Assembly: GCA_035471805.1 (NCBI GenBank)
Contig: DATIPS010000019.1
Location: 145 to 64,144 of the forward strand
Direction of reading: 5' to 3'
DNA: 64,000 nt
Origin: Acidimicrobiia bacterium
GTDB taxonomy: Bacteria > Actinomycetota > Acidimicrobiia > Spongiisociales > JAHEDJ01
Below the pieces are notes generated by a model, which saw only the letters and a program-made list of their open reading frames with translations, ran no database searches and was not told the origin of the DNA. Each line of letters opens with the position of its first letter. Within the stretch, counting starts at the first letter, position 1. Of this stretch, positions 39,407 through 48,165 are shown piece after piece. The position numbers were made by a program, and so were the translations under genes.

Positions 39407-40432
39407 TCATCTCTTCCGCCGGCCGATGGCGAAGCCCAGCAGCAGCCCGAACGCGCCGGCAAGACCGGAACCGAGCGGCGCCCTGCCCTCACCCGCAGTG
39501 CCGCCCCCCGCGGCGCGAGTCGGCCGGCCTTGGCGTGCCCCTTCGTCGGAGTCGAGAGCGTCGACGTAGACCTTGGTCAACTCGGCGCCGAAGAGATAGA
39601 CCTGCCACATCAGATTGAAGAAGAACAGAAGGACGGCAATGCCTCCCAGGGCGCCGAGCGTTCCCGAGTTCCCAACCCTGCCGAGAAACGTCCCGACCAG
39701 GTACGCCGCCGGTAGGCCGATCACGGCGGTCGCTGCTCCACCGCGCCGCGCCGCTCGCCACGGAATGAGAACCGCAGTCATCGTCTGAAACGTCAGACCG
39801 ACGACGGCCATGAGCAGAATCACCGACGCGACCGGCACGGTCCAGGACAGCAGGACTCGCAACCACGTCTGATCGTCCGGCACCAGCGCTGCGGTGACGT
39901 ACTGGATCGCACCAACGGCAACCACCGGGGTTACGGCCAGGATCGCCAAAGCCAGAGCAGAGACGAAGGCGACACTCCTCTTCCACAGAATCGCCGGTAT
40001 CCCCTTCGTCCGCTCCGTCGGTACATCGAAGATGCGATTGAGAACACCCTGAACCTGGAGGAAGATGCCGGAGGCGGAGAAGATGGTGAGCGCGATACCG
40101 ATTCCGAGTGATGCTCCCGCTTGGCGTTTGGCGATCTCCAGGAGGTCTGCCAGCTGATCCGCCACGATTTCCCCGGCCGCCGCCTCGACCTGGTCGACTA
40201 CCGAGTTCAACCGGTCGACGTCTCCGAACAGGAAGCCGGCAACCGCGACGATCAGGAACATCAGCGGCACGAGCGAGAAGAGCGTGTAGAACGAGAGGGC
40301 GGCGGCGGCAGGGCCGGCCGCGTCGGCAGCATAGGAACGTGCGGCCGCTTTGACGGCAGACGCAGCCTTACTGAGGGCGGCGGACTGGGACCTCATATGA
40401 GAAGCAGCGTACCGCCTCTGCCCCTCCTTCAT
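39407..40432 (-). CDS. YihY/BrkB-family membrane protein
   Basis: Six TM segments, conserved YihY core (FYTLFSLVPLMFLIVAV..., GAELTKVY). Alternative ATG at 40396. Confidence 0.7.
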   Translation of the reverse strand: MKEGQRRYAASHMRSQSAALSKAASAVKAAARSYAADAAGPAAAALSFYTLFSLVPLMFLIVAVAGFLFGDVDRLNSVVDQVEAAAGEIVADQLADLLEIAKRQAGASLGIGIALTIFSASGIFLQVQGVLNRIFDVPTERTKGIPAILWKRSVAFVSALALAILAVTPVVAVGAIQYVTAALVPDDQTWLRVLLSWTVPVASVILLMAVVGLTFQTMTAVLIPWRAARRGGAATAVIGLPAAYLVGTFLGRVGNSGTLGALGGIAVLLFFFNLMWQVYLFGAELTKVYVDALDSDEGARQGRPTRAAGGGTAGEGRAPLGSGLAGAFGLLLGFAIGRRKR

Positions 40433-40593
40433 CTGGGTGGCGCTCCGGCGCGGTCACCCCGCTGCCCGGGAACCTTGCTCTACCGGTCGATGGCCGCCAA
40501 TGGCCCGGACTCTGTGCGGACCTCTCGGAATGGGTCGCGTGATCCTCGCCCTGCCGGTCGTGCCCGGATAATGCCGGGTGCCCTCAGTCCGGT

Positions 40594-41904
40594 TCATGAA
40601 CGACGTGCCCACAGCCGAACCCCGAGAGTCCACGAGCCGACGGTCACGGCGGCTGCAGGCATGAGTGCCACTGCGCCCGCCGTCACGAATCCGTTGAGCG
40701 CAAGCGAGGAGAATCCCCACATCACCGTCGGAAAGCCGACGCCCACCGCGAGCTTGGCCACCGGACGAGACGTACGGTTCTGCTCCTGGCGTCCGAACAG
40801 TGCGATGAGACCGGCGAGCGGAAGCAACAGGACGCCGAACCAGACGGGCCGGGACCACCACCAGCCTCCACTGAGCGGTTCGATTCCCAATCCGACGCCG
40901 CCCAGGAGCAGCCCGAGGCTGATGACGGCCACCATCGCAGTCATGTGCCACAGGTAGATCGTCATGATCCGGCCGTTGCCGAGGATCACGGCGGACCAGA
41001 CGGTCGGGCGCTCGAGCCATCGAGCGACGGCGGAACGCAGCGCCAGGATCAGGCCCATCTGGAACACGGCGAGCATCATGAGGGCAACGGTCGGCGGCAG
41101 GTTGTTGGTCGGTTCCGCTCCGGGTACCCCCACCATGCTCACCGGATAGCGACCGGAGACGGTGAGGGCCAGGAGGGCTGCCAGCCCGACCAGTGCCACA
41201 ACCGAAGCGCCGATACGCCCCCCACCGACGGCACCGCGCTGCCACCTCACTCCGAGTTGATGGATCCCCAGCCACACGAAGAGGAAGTTCACCCAGCCCA
41301 CAACCGGAACGCCCAATCCGTGGTGCAGCCAGTCGACCATGCCGGCCGCTCCGAGCAGGCCGATCGGGATCGCCCACCCGAACCTCCTATCGAGACCGAC
41401 CATGAGCGGAGCGAGCGCAACGACCCCCATATAGACCGCCAGGAACCACAAGGGGCCGGCAACTACCTGTGTTCCGGGGCGCAGGAGTTCGCGATCGATG
41501 CCGGTGCCGTTCAACACGAGCGCTGCTGCCGCCCACACGGCCGCGAACACCGCCGTCGGCCGGAGCAGTCTGGCGGTGCGCGCCTGGAGCCAACTCGAAT
41601 AGGAACTGCCGCGTTCCCTCGATGCGGCCCAGGAGACCGAGTTGGCAAACCCGCCCACTATGAAGAAGATCGGCATGACCTGCAATATCCAGGTCGAGTA
41701 CTGAATGCGGGGTTCTACGACGAGAAGATGGTCGACGACCAGTTCACCGTCGCGAACGACGATCACTGCCATCAGCCAGTGGCCGATGACCACGATCGCG
41801 ATCGAGAACAGGCGGAGGAAGTCGATGTACCGATCTCGCTCCGGAGGCGTCGCCTCGGCCAGGTTTCTGGCTTGCTTCCACATAGTCCGCATCGCGACCT
41901 CCAT
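40594..41904 (-). CDS. acyltransferase family 3 (OafA/OpgC-like) membrane protein
   Basis: 10+ TM segments. Acyl_transf_3-like start FLRLFSIAIVVIGHW. ATG at 41902-41904. Upstream 93 codons of track ORF rejected. Confidence 0.65.
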   Translation of the reverse strand: MEVAMRTMWKQARNLAEATPPERDRYIDFLRLFSIAIVVIGHWLMAVIVVRDGELVVDHLLVVEPRIQYSTWILQVMPIFFIVGGFANSVSWAASRERGSSYSSWLQARTARLLRPTAVFAAVWAAAALVLNGTGIDRELLRPGTQVVAGPLWFLAVYMGVVALAPLMVGLDRRFGWAIPIGLLGAAGMVDWLHHGLGVPVVGWVNFLFVWLGIHQLGVRWQRGAVGGGRIGASVVALVGLAALLALTVSGRYPVSMVGVPGAEPTNNLPPTVALMMLAVFQMGLILALRSAVARWLERPTVWSAVILGNGRIMTIYLWHMTAMVAVISLGLLLGGVGLGIEPLSGGWWWSRPVWFGVLLLPLAGLIALFGRQEQNRTSRPVAKLAVGVGFPTVMWGFSSLALNGFVTAGAVALMPAAAVTVGSWTLGVRLWARRS

Positions 41905-41974
41905 GTCCTCGTGTAGATCAGGAGACCAGACGGAGGGCGGGAGCACATCGGGGGGCCACCCCGGTTGCATGTCC

Positions 41975-42004
41975 GGGGCACCCTCGTGGGGTTCAGGGTG
42001 CCCC
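41975..42004. promoter_or_regulatory. perfect 10-bp-stem hairpin/palindrome in divergent promoter region
   Basis: ggggcaccct-cgtggggttc-agggtgcccc between acyltransferase start (41904, minus) and TPM gene start (42047, plus). Confidence 0.3.
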
Positions 42005-42046
42005 ATCTTGCGGCTAGCGTCAGTATCGAAATACGAAAGGATCCTC

Positions 42047-44362
42047 GTGCGGTTCCGGCTGGCCACTGCGGTTCTATTGATACTCATGTTCTCTCCCGGC
42101 GCGGCATCGGCACAGAGCACCGAATGTCCCGTTTTCGAGGGGATCACCTGCGACGGCGCGGTCACCGATACGACCGGGGTCATCGACGACGATGCGGCTC
42201 TCGAGGAAGCGGTTGGAAGGCTGGTCGCGACCTACGGCCACGAAACGGCCGTAGTGATCATCGAGGGCACGGGAAGTCGATCCGTCGAGGACTTCGCCAT
42301 CGATCTCGGAAACGCCTGGGGCGTGGGTGATCCCGAGCTCAATGACGGCATCATCGTGGCCGTGGACCTCGATTCACGGGTCACGACCGTTCAACATGGT
42401 GAGGGTTTGAACGGGGTGCCGCGGGATTTCGATTCCATCGCAGCAGTGGGAAACAGTTTCTTCGCAAACGGAGACTTCGACGGTGGGCTGCTCGCCATCA
42501 TTGGATCGCTGGACGAAGCCCTCGCCGCGTTTGCATCCGGGGAAACGGGATCCGGACGAACCGTGGACGATGTTATGGACGGCTTCACGCCCGACGATTC
42601 CGGTTCCGGCGATGGCCCGAACCTGGGCATCATCGGCGGAGCCATCGGAGTCGTTTTACTGGGTGGGTTGGGTGTCACCGGCGTTGCCGTCCGCGGCCAG
42701 CGCCGGACCCGAACGCGACGCACTCGGCGGGAGCTGATCGACGGCGAACTGTCGCGGCTCGATGTTGCAGGCCACGAGTTGCCGCTACTGAGGGACTTCC
42801 TGATAGAAAGCAGCGCCGGATCGGCGAGTGCTCCACTCCCGGACGTGCTCAAGGCTCTCGCCGACATCGCCGAGACGAAACGGCCGGACGGCGAAGCAGC
42901 GGTACAGGCCGCTCATCACCATCGCCTCATCAACATCGTCGACCGGTCCCGGATGATGGAGGCCGCCGAGATGCCGCTCGAGCTGCAGGTCACCGGTGAG
43001 AGGGACGTCCTGGAGGGAGGCGTGCAATCGGCCGCCAAGGATGCCCTGGAAGTGGACCTGGACGACGACTTGACCTTCAACGTGCGTCGTGAGGAACTGA
43101 CCCGGCTGGTCGACGGTTTACGTCCCTACCGGGTGGCCGAAGCTCGTGCGCGAGTGGCAGCCTCCGTTGACCAGCGACTCGTCGATACCGGCGCCGGCCA
43201 CGCAATCCTGACCGACCTGGGAGAACGCTTCCTGAAAGCTGCACCGGTTCTCACCGACCACAAGGACGTCGAAACGGCTGTGGAGAAGCTGGAAGCGGCC
43301 TATGCGGTCGCCAGGACGAAGACCGACACCCTCGAGTCTCTGTACGCTCAGCTCCCCTCGTCGTCCGCGCGTCCCGCCGTCGCGGCGGCCCTGGCGGACG
43401 TTGATCCGGATGCCGATCGCGCCTTCACCCGCTACGAGCGTGTGCGTCGAGAACTCGACGAAAAGGCAACAGATCTCAAGCAGGATGGTCTGGACATCGC
43501 CGCCGTGGCGGCGCTCCTCTTGCTGAACCGTGACGAGGAATCGGTTCCCGAGTTCCTGGCCGCCTACAACCGCAATCGCCAGGAGGATCTGACTCCCTCC
43601 GAGGCTGTTGAATACGCACTGGCCGGTCTGTCCAACCCGCGACGCGTGGCAGCAGTCCGTGAGCAATCGAAACGGCTCGGTCTGCCGGTGGCCATCACCG
43701 CCGCCCTACTCGAACGGCGCTTGGACGGAGTCGCCGTATACACAGAACTACTCGACCAACTGGCCGAAACCGGGGTGACCGGCGATGCCCGGCGGACCAT
43801 CGCCGGAATTCTCGCTGTTTCGCTGGAACCGGCGCAGGCACTTCGTCGCTGGACTGAATCGAGAGCCGAACTGGCCGCCCTCGGGTTGGAAGGTTCCTAT
43901 GCCGACATCGCCGCAGCGTTCGGGGCGTCCGATCCGCGCGGTTCCCGGGAGTTCGCGCTCGCCTACGCGGCACAACGCCAGGCCCTCGCCCGATCTTCGA
44001 TCGACGATGCCGACCGATTCGCTCCTGAACTCGCCCATGCCGGCACGTCACGGCAAACGGACACGTGGACGGGAGAACCGATATCCGGTCGCTTCGGATC
44101 ATTCGACCCGTTCACTTTGCTGTTCTACCACTGGGTTATCACCGGCGGCCACTCCGGCAGCTACGGGTGGGAGGCCGTCTACGCGGATTCTTCCTGGTCG
44201 AATGACTCCAACTCGTGGTTCGGCGGATTCTCGGGCGGCGGATTCGGAGGTGGAAGCGGCGGCAGCTCCGGCTGGGGCGGCGGCGGCTGGAGTTCGGGAA
44301 GCTTCGGCGGCTTCAGCGGAGGAGGCTTTTCGGGTGGCGGCGGCGGATCAAGCGGCTGGTAG
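42047..44362 (+). CDS. TPM-domain (TLP18.3/Psb32/MOLO-1) protein, unusually large, with Gly-rich C-terminal tail
   Basis: GTG at 42047 after GAAAGGA. Signal peptide RFRLATAVLLILMFSPGAASA. TPM domain (ETAVVIIEGTGSRSVEDFAIDLGNAWGVGDPELNDGIIVAVDLDSRVTTVQ). TM segment (IIGGAIGVVLLGGLGV). ~450-aa helical cytoplasmic region. Tail GGFSGGGFGGGSGGSSGWGGGGWSSGSFGGFSGGGFSGGGGGSSGW. Confidence 0.7.
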   Translation: MRFRLATAVLLILMFSPGAASAQSTECPVFEGITCDGAVTDTTGVIDDDAALEEAVGRLVATYGHETAVVIIEGTGSRSVEDFAIDLGNAWGVGDPELNDGIIVAVDLDSRVTTVQHGEGLNGVPRDFDSIAAVGNSFFANGDFDGGLLAIIGSLDEALAAFASGETGSGRTVDDVMDGFTPDDSGSGDGPNLGIIGGAIGVVLLGGLGVTGVAVRGQRRTRTRRTRRELIDGELSRLDVAGHELPLLRDFLIESSAGSASAPLPDVLKALADIAETKRPDGEAAVQAAHHHRLINIVDRSRMMEAAEMPLELQVTGERDVLEGGVQSAAKDALEVDLDDDLTFNVRREELTRLVDGLRPYRVAEARARVAASVDQRLVDTGAGHAILTDLGERFLKAAPVLTDHKDVETAVEKLEAAYAVARTKTDTLESLYAQLPSSSARPAVAAALADVDPDADRAFTRYERVRRELDEKATDLKQDGLDIAAVAALLLLNRDEESVPEFLAAYNRNRQEDLTPSEAVEYALAGLSNPRRVAAVREQSKRLGLPVAITAALLERRLDGVAVYTELLDQLAETGVTGDARRTIAGILAVSLEPAQALRRWTESRAELAALGLEGSYADIAAAFGASDPRGSREFALAYAAQRQALARSSIDDADRFAPELAHAGTSRQTDTWTGEPISGRFGSFDPFTLLFYHWVITGGHSGSYGWEAVYADSSWSNDSNSWFGGFSGGGFGGGSGGSSGWGGGGWSSGSFGGFSGGGFSGGGGGSSGW

Positions 44363-44424
44363 CTCGGCATAGGGCCCGATGATTCGATACTCTTGCCACA
44401 TTCGTTCTTGACTGGAGGTAGGCA

Positions 44425-44856
44425 ATGGCGACCATTGGCGATGTTGTAGCCGAGAAGGGCGCGGTGGTGAATCAGATCGCGCCGGGCGATACCGTGTTCG
44501 ACGCAGTGCGCACCATGGTCGAGGCCAACTGTGGATCCCTCCTCGTCATCAAAGACGGCGAAATCGTCGGGATCATCACCGAGCGGGACTACCTGCGCCG
44601 CATCGCGATCGAGGGTAGGACCTCGAAGGACACGCTCGTCCAGGAGATCATGACGGCGCCGGTGATCTACGTCGAACCCTACTGCGAAGTCGAGGAAGCC
44701 CTGGCCCTCATGACGGACCGGCACATCCGCCACCTTCCCGTGGTTTCCGGAGGCAAATTGCTGGGACTGATCTCCATCGGCGATCTCGTCTGGTATCAGA
44801 CGAAAGAGCAGAGCTTCCAGATCCGCTACCTCGAGGAATACATCTCGGGTCGTTAG
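44425..44856 (+). CDS. CBS-domain pair protein
   Basis: Two CBS motifs (GSLLVIKDGEIVGIITERD; HLPVVSGGKLLGLISIGDL). 143 aa. Confidence 0.8.
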   Translation: MATIGDVVAEKGAVVNQIAPGDTVFDAVRTMVEANCGSLLVIKDGEIVGIITERDYLRRIAIEGRTSKDTLVQEIMTAPVIYVEPYCEVEEALALMTDRHIRHLPVVSGGKLLGLISIGDLVWYQTKEQSFQIRYLEEYISGR

Positions 44857-45258
44857 GCCGTCGATCTCGATGGAAGGTTCCGACGGTTCTCCATCGACAC
44901 GGCGCACTCGATCAATTCAGGACTGCGCAAATCCCGACAACCCCGGCGGGCTTCTGAGCGTTGGCAGTCAACCTCTCGATCTCTCAGGCCCGCAGTGGTG
45001 GCCTCCAGGACACCGGAGGTCCACGGGCGCCCGAATGCGGAAACGACACCGGCGCCATGGCCGCCGGCCGGCACGGCGAAACCCAGAGGAGCAAGCGGAA
45101 CGAGACCGGGTCCTGAGGAGCTGTGCGACACCACCATGGCGACGAGCACCGAAGATTCCGAGGCCACGACCGGTCGCCGCCCGGACCGATCTCGCAGCAG
45201 GGAAGCGACTGCGTTCGGTTGACCCTCACGAGGTATTGTCGGATCGACAGGAGGTTTC

Positions 45259-46902
45259 GTGAAGCTGATCGAGTGCGTTCCGAATTTCAGTGAAGGCCGT
45301 GACCTTCGAATCATCGACGAGATCACATCCGTCATACGGGGCGTCGACGGCGTACGGTTGCTCGGCGTCGACCCCGGGGCGGCGACCAACCGGACCGTGG
45401 TGACCTTCGCCGGTTCCCAGGAAGTGGTCGAGGAGGCGGCATTCCGCTCGATCAGCCGCGCCGCACAGCTGATCGACATGAGCCGCCACCGCGGTGAGCA
45501 CCCCCGGATGGGCGCCACCGATGTATGTCCGTTCGTGCCTCTCGCCGGAGCATCCATCGAGGACTGCATCGAGAGCGCCCGCAGAGTCGGCCGGCGGGTC
45601 GGCGATGAACTCGGAGTGCCGGTCTACCTATACGAACATGCCGCCCCGGGAGGCCGGCGCTCTCTCGCAGAGGTGCGACGCGGCGAGTACGAGGGACTGG
45701 CCGGGCGGTCCGACGCCCCCGATTTCGGCCCCGCATACAACCCCTCGGCCGGAGCCACCGCGATCGGCGCCAGGCAGTTTCTGGTTGCTTTCAACGTCAA
45801 TTTGAACACGAAAGACCGGCGCCTGGCTCATCAGATAGCCCAGGCAGTCCGCGAGACCGGCAGGCCCCGTCGCAGCGAAGACGGATCGATCCTCAAGGAT
45901 GCCGACGGCAAGACCATCTTCGAACCCGGTCGATTCAGGGAGGTCAAAGGTGTCGGCTGGTTCATTGACGAGTACCAGCGGGCACAGGTATCGCTGAACC
46001 TCACCGACCACACCGTCGCTTCCGTCCACTCGGTGTTCGATGCCTGCCGGGAGGAAGCCGGAAGGCTGGGCCTGCGGGTGACGGGCAGCGAACTCGTCGG
46101 TCTCGTGCCGCGCGCCGCACTGCTGGCGGCCGGGGACCATTACCTGCAGGCGCAGGGAGCTACGATCGGAGTCCCCGAACGCGAGCGGATTCATGCCGCA
46201 ATTCTTTCGCTTGGTCTCGATGAACTGACTCCCTTCGATCCGGACGCAAAGATCATCGAGTACGCCATCGGCGGTGAAAGCGGGGCCCTGGCCGGCCTGC
46301 CTGTCGTCCGGTTCCTCGATGAGCTCTCCGGCGACCTTCCGGCCCCGGGCGGTGGCAGTGTCGCCGCCCTCGCCGGTTCCCTCGCTGCTGCACTGGCGGC
46401 CATGGTGGCTGCGCTCACCTGGGCCAAGAAAGGGATGGAGGCCGAACGCCCCGAAATGGAATCGGTGGGCGTCCGGGCCCAGGAGTTGAAAGACTGGTTT
46501 GCCGCCGCAATCGATCGCGATACGGCCGCCTTCAACGCGGTGCTGCTGGCCAGGCGGATGCCCCGCGCTACTGCCTCCGAAGTCGAAGCGAGAGAAGCTG
46601 CAATCAGAGCCGCGGATCTAGGCGCAACACTGGTCCCGCTGGAAGTCCTCGAGCGCAGCGTCGAGGCACTCGAAGTCGTCCTGGCCGTCGCAAGACGCGG
46701 AAACCCGACGTCCGTCACAGATGCAGGAGTCGGCGGATGGTGCGGGTTGGCAGCCGCCGAGGGAGCATCTTTCAACGTTCGAATCAACCTCAGGGAACTA
46801 GCCGGTGACAACTCTGAACTCGTGAGGCGTCATGATGAGGCGCTCCGCCGGGCCAGGGAGGTCGCCGCTGAGGTCGGACGTGCAGTCGAGGAGCACCTGT
46901 GA
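45259..46902 (+). CDS. ftcD: bifunctional glutamate formimidoyltransferase / formimidoyl-THF cyclodeaminase (FTCD-like fusion)
   Basis: N-terminus KLIECVPNFSEGRD (formiminotransferase), central linker, C-terminal cyclodeaminase domain (LPAPGGGSVAALAGSLAAALAAMVAALT). GTG start 45259 after AGGAGG. Confidence 0.8.
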   Translation: MKLIECVPNFSEGRDLRIIDEITSVIRGVDGVRLLGVDPGAATNRTVVTFAGSQEVVEEAAFRSISRAAQLIDMSRHRGEHPRMGATDVCPFVPLAGASIEDCIESARRVGRRVGDELGVPVYLYEHAAPGGRRSLAEVRRGEYEGLAGRSDAPDFGPAYNPSAGATAIGARQFLVAFNVNLNTKDRRLAHQIAQAVRETGRPRRSEDGSILKDADGKTIFEPGRFREVKGVGWFIDEYQRAQVSLNLTDHTVASVHSVFDACREEAGRLGLRVTGSELVGLVPRAALLAAGDHYLQAQGATIGVPERERIHAAILSLGLDELTPFDPDAKIIEYAIGGESGALAGLPVVRFLDELSGDLPAPGGGSVAALAGSLAAALAAMVAALTWAKKGMEAERPEMESVGVRAQELKDWFAAAIDRDTAAFNAVLLARRMPRATASEVEAREAAIRAADLGATLVPLEVLERSVEALEVVLAVARRGNPTSVTDAGVGGWCGLAAAEGASFNVRINLRELAGDNSELVRRHDEALRRAREVAAEVGRAVEEHL

Positions 46903-47285
46903 GGGTCCTCGTGCCCGGCCTCGAGGGCTCTCATCGGGCAGTCGTCGACGAAACCGATACCGCCATCGCGATGGGGAGCGGTTCCGTCCCGGTTCTTGCC
47001 ACCCCGCGCCTGGCCGCCTGGTTGGAAGCGGCAGCAGTCGCCGCTCTCGAAGGTCTGGTGCCCGCCGGTTCGACAACGGTGGGCACACGGATCGACATCC
47101 GGCATATTGCCGCCACGCCGGTTGGAAAGACGGTCGAGGCGAAAGCAACCGTGACGGCCGCGGAGGGCCGCACGGTTGAGTTCGACCTGCTCGCAACCGA
47201 AGGTGAGGCCACGATCGCAACCGGTCGACATGTGCGGGTCGTGGTCGATGAGGAGCGGTTCATCTCCTCTCTGGGACCGGCCTAG
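46899..47285 (+). CDS. hotdog-fold thioesterase
   Basis: 128 aa, start overlaps ftcD stop (ATGA). TIATGRHVRVVVD C-terminal strand typical of thioesterase superfamily. Confidence 0.6.
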   Translation: MRVLVPGLEGSHRAVVDETDTAIAMGSGSVPVLATPRLAAWLEAAAVAALEGLVPAGSTTVGTRIDIRHIAATPVGKTVEAKATVTAAEGRTVEFDLLATEGEATIATGRHVRVVVDEERFISSLGPA

Positions 47286-47707
47286 CCGGGCCAGGCGGCG
47301 ACGGGATACACCGAGACCGGAACCACCACTGCCCCTGCCAGTTTGTCGTGCCACGTCTGCTTCTCAGGGTCCCAAAGCATCCACAGAAAACCGAGCAGGC
47401 ACGGAATGGCGGATACGATCTTGCCGATCACCCGGATGAACGCCCCCGCGTATCCGATCGTATATCCGGTCTGTAGGCCGACCACCCTGATCGACATAGC
47501 TCGCTTCCCAACGGTCTGGCCAGACGGACTTCCCTCCAGGTACACGTAGTAGCCGTAGCCGGCGACGAAACCGACCACCGAGCCGAGAAACCCCATCCTT
47601 CCCAGTAGCGCGGTGGCCAGTCCGACAACGATCGAATCGATGACGGCGGCGATGAAACGCTCCCCGAAGCTTGCTCTCGGGCCCGATGGACCTGCAGATG
47701 TCGTCAC
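47282..47707 (-). CDS. RDD-family membrane protein
   Basis: RDD-like core (ERFIAAVIDSIVVGLATALL...VGKRAMSIRVV...FLWMLWDPEKQTWHDKLAGAVVV). GTG at 47705-47707 preceded by GGGGAGGA. Upstream 77 codons of track ORF rejected. Confidence 0.65.
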   Translation of the reverse strand: MTTSAGPSGPRASFGERFIAAVIDSIVVGLATALLGRMGFLGSVVGFVAGYGYYVYLEGSPSGQTVGKRAMSIRVVGLQTGYTIGYAGAFIRVIGKIVSAIPCLLGFLWMLWDPEKQTWHDKLAGAVVVPVSVYPVAAWPG

Positions 47708-47721
47708 GTGATCCTCCCCTT

Positions 47722-48120
47722 TCAGATGATCGCGAATCGATTGAGCTCGAACACCCACATCCCGACCAGCGCTATCGAGGCCAGCGGCATCGAGACGACG
47801 AGCCGATCCGGTCTTCCGACCAGCAAATAGAGTGCGAAGCCGACGGCCACCACACCCATAGGGTTGGCCGCCAAAGAACCTGCGAGATCCAGATGGGCGG
47901 CTGCGACAACGCTCGTAGTCATGCCGCACAGCGGACACGGAACCCCGGTGGCCGCTCGCAATGGGCAGAGAATCCCCGACCCCAAGGGCAGAAAGGGATG
48001 GAGGTAGGCCAGCAGCAGCATGATTCCGCCTGCGATCCGGAGATCAACCGGGTCAATACTGCGGGTTGCCGACCACCCGTTTCTCCCGGAAGGTCGGTGT
48101 TTCTCACAAGCGACGGCCAC
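47722..48120 (-). CDS. DUF2752-like membrane protein with CPLCG motif
   Basis: Conserved GVPCPLCGMTT motif flanked by TM helices. Real start may be Met34 (48021). Confidence 0.55.
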   Translation of the reverse strand: MAVACEKHRPSGRNGWSATRSIDPVDLRIAGGIMLLLAYLHPFLPLGSGILCPLRAATGVPCPLCGMTTSVVAAAHLDLAGSLAANPMGVVAVGFALYLLVGRPDRLVVSMPLASIALVGMWVFELNRFAII

Positions 48121-48165
48121 GGACCGAGCCTACCGATTCGGGACGAACCGGTCTTGGATTTACCT

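Noticed and set aside
37900-39492. 530-aa minus-strand ORF
   Set aside because: Antisense to the AidB-like acyl-CoA dehydrogenase. Arg/His-rich with no domain signatures.
40945-41916. 323-aa plus-strand ORF
   Set aside because: Antisense to the acyltransferase-3 membrane protein. His/Arg/Asp-rich with no TM or domain pattern.
44179-44907. 242-aa minus-strand ORF with poly-Pro tail (PPPPEKPPPLKPPKLPELQPPPPQ)
   Set aside because: Antisense to the CBS protein and the Gly-rich tail of the TPM protein. Poly-Pro is simply the complement of the GGN repeats.
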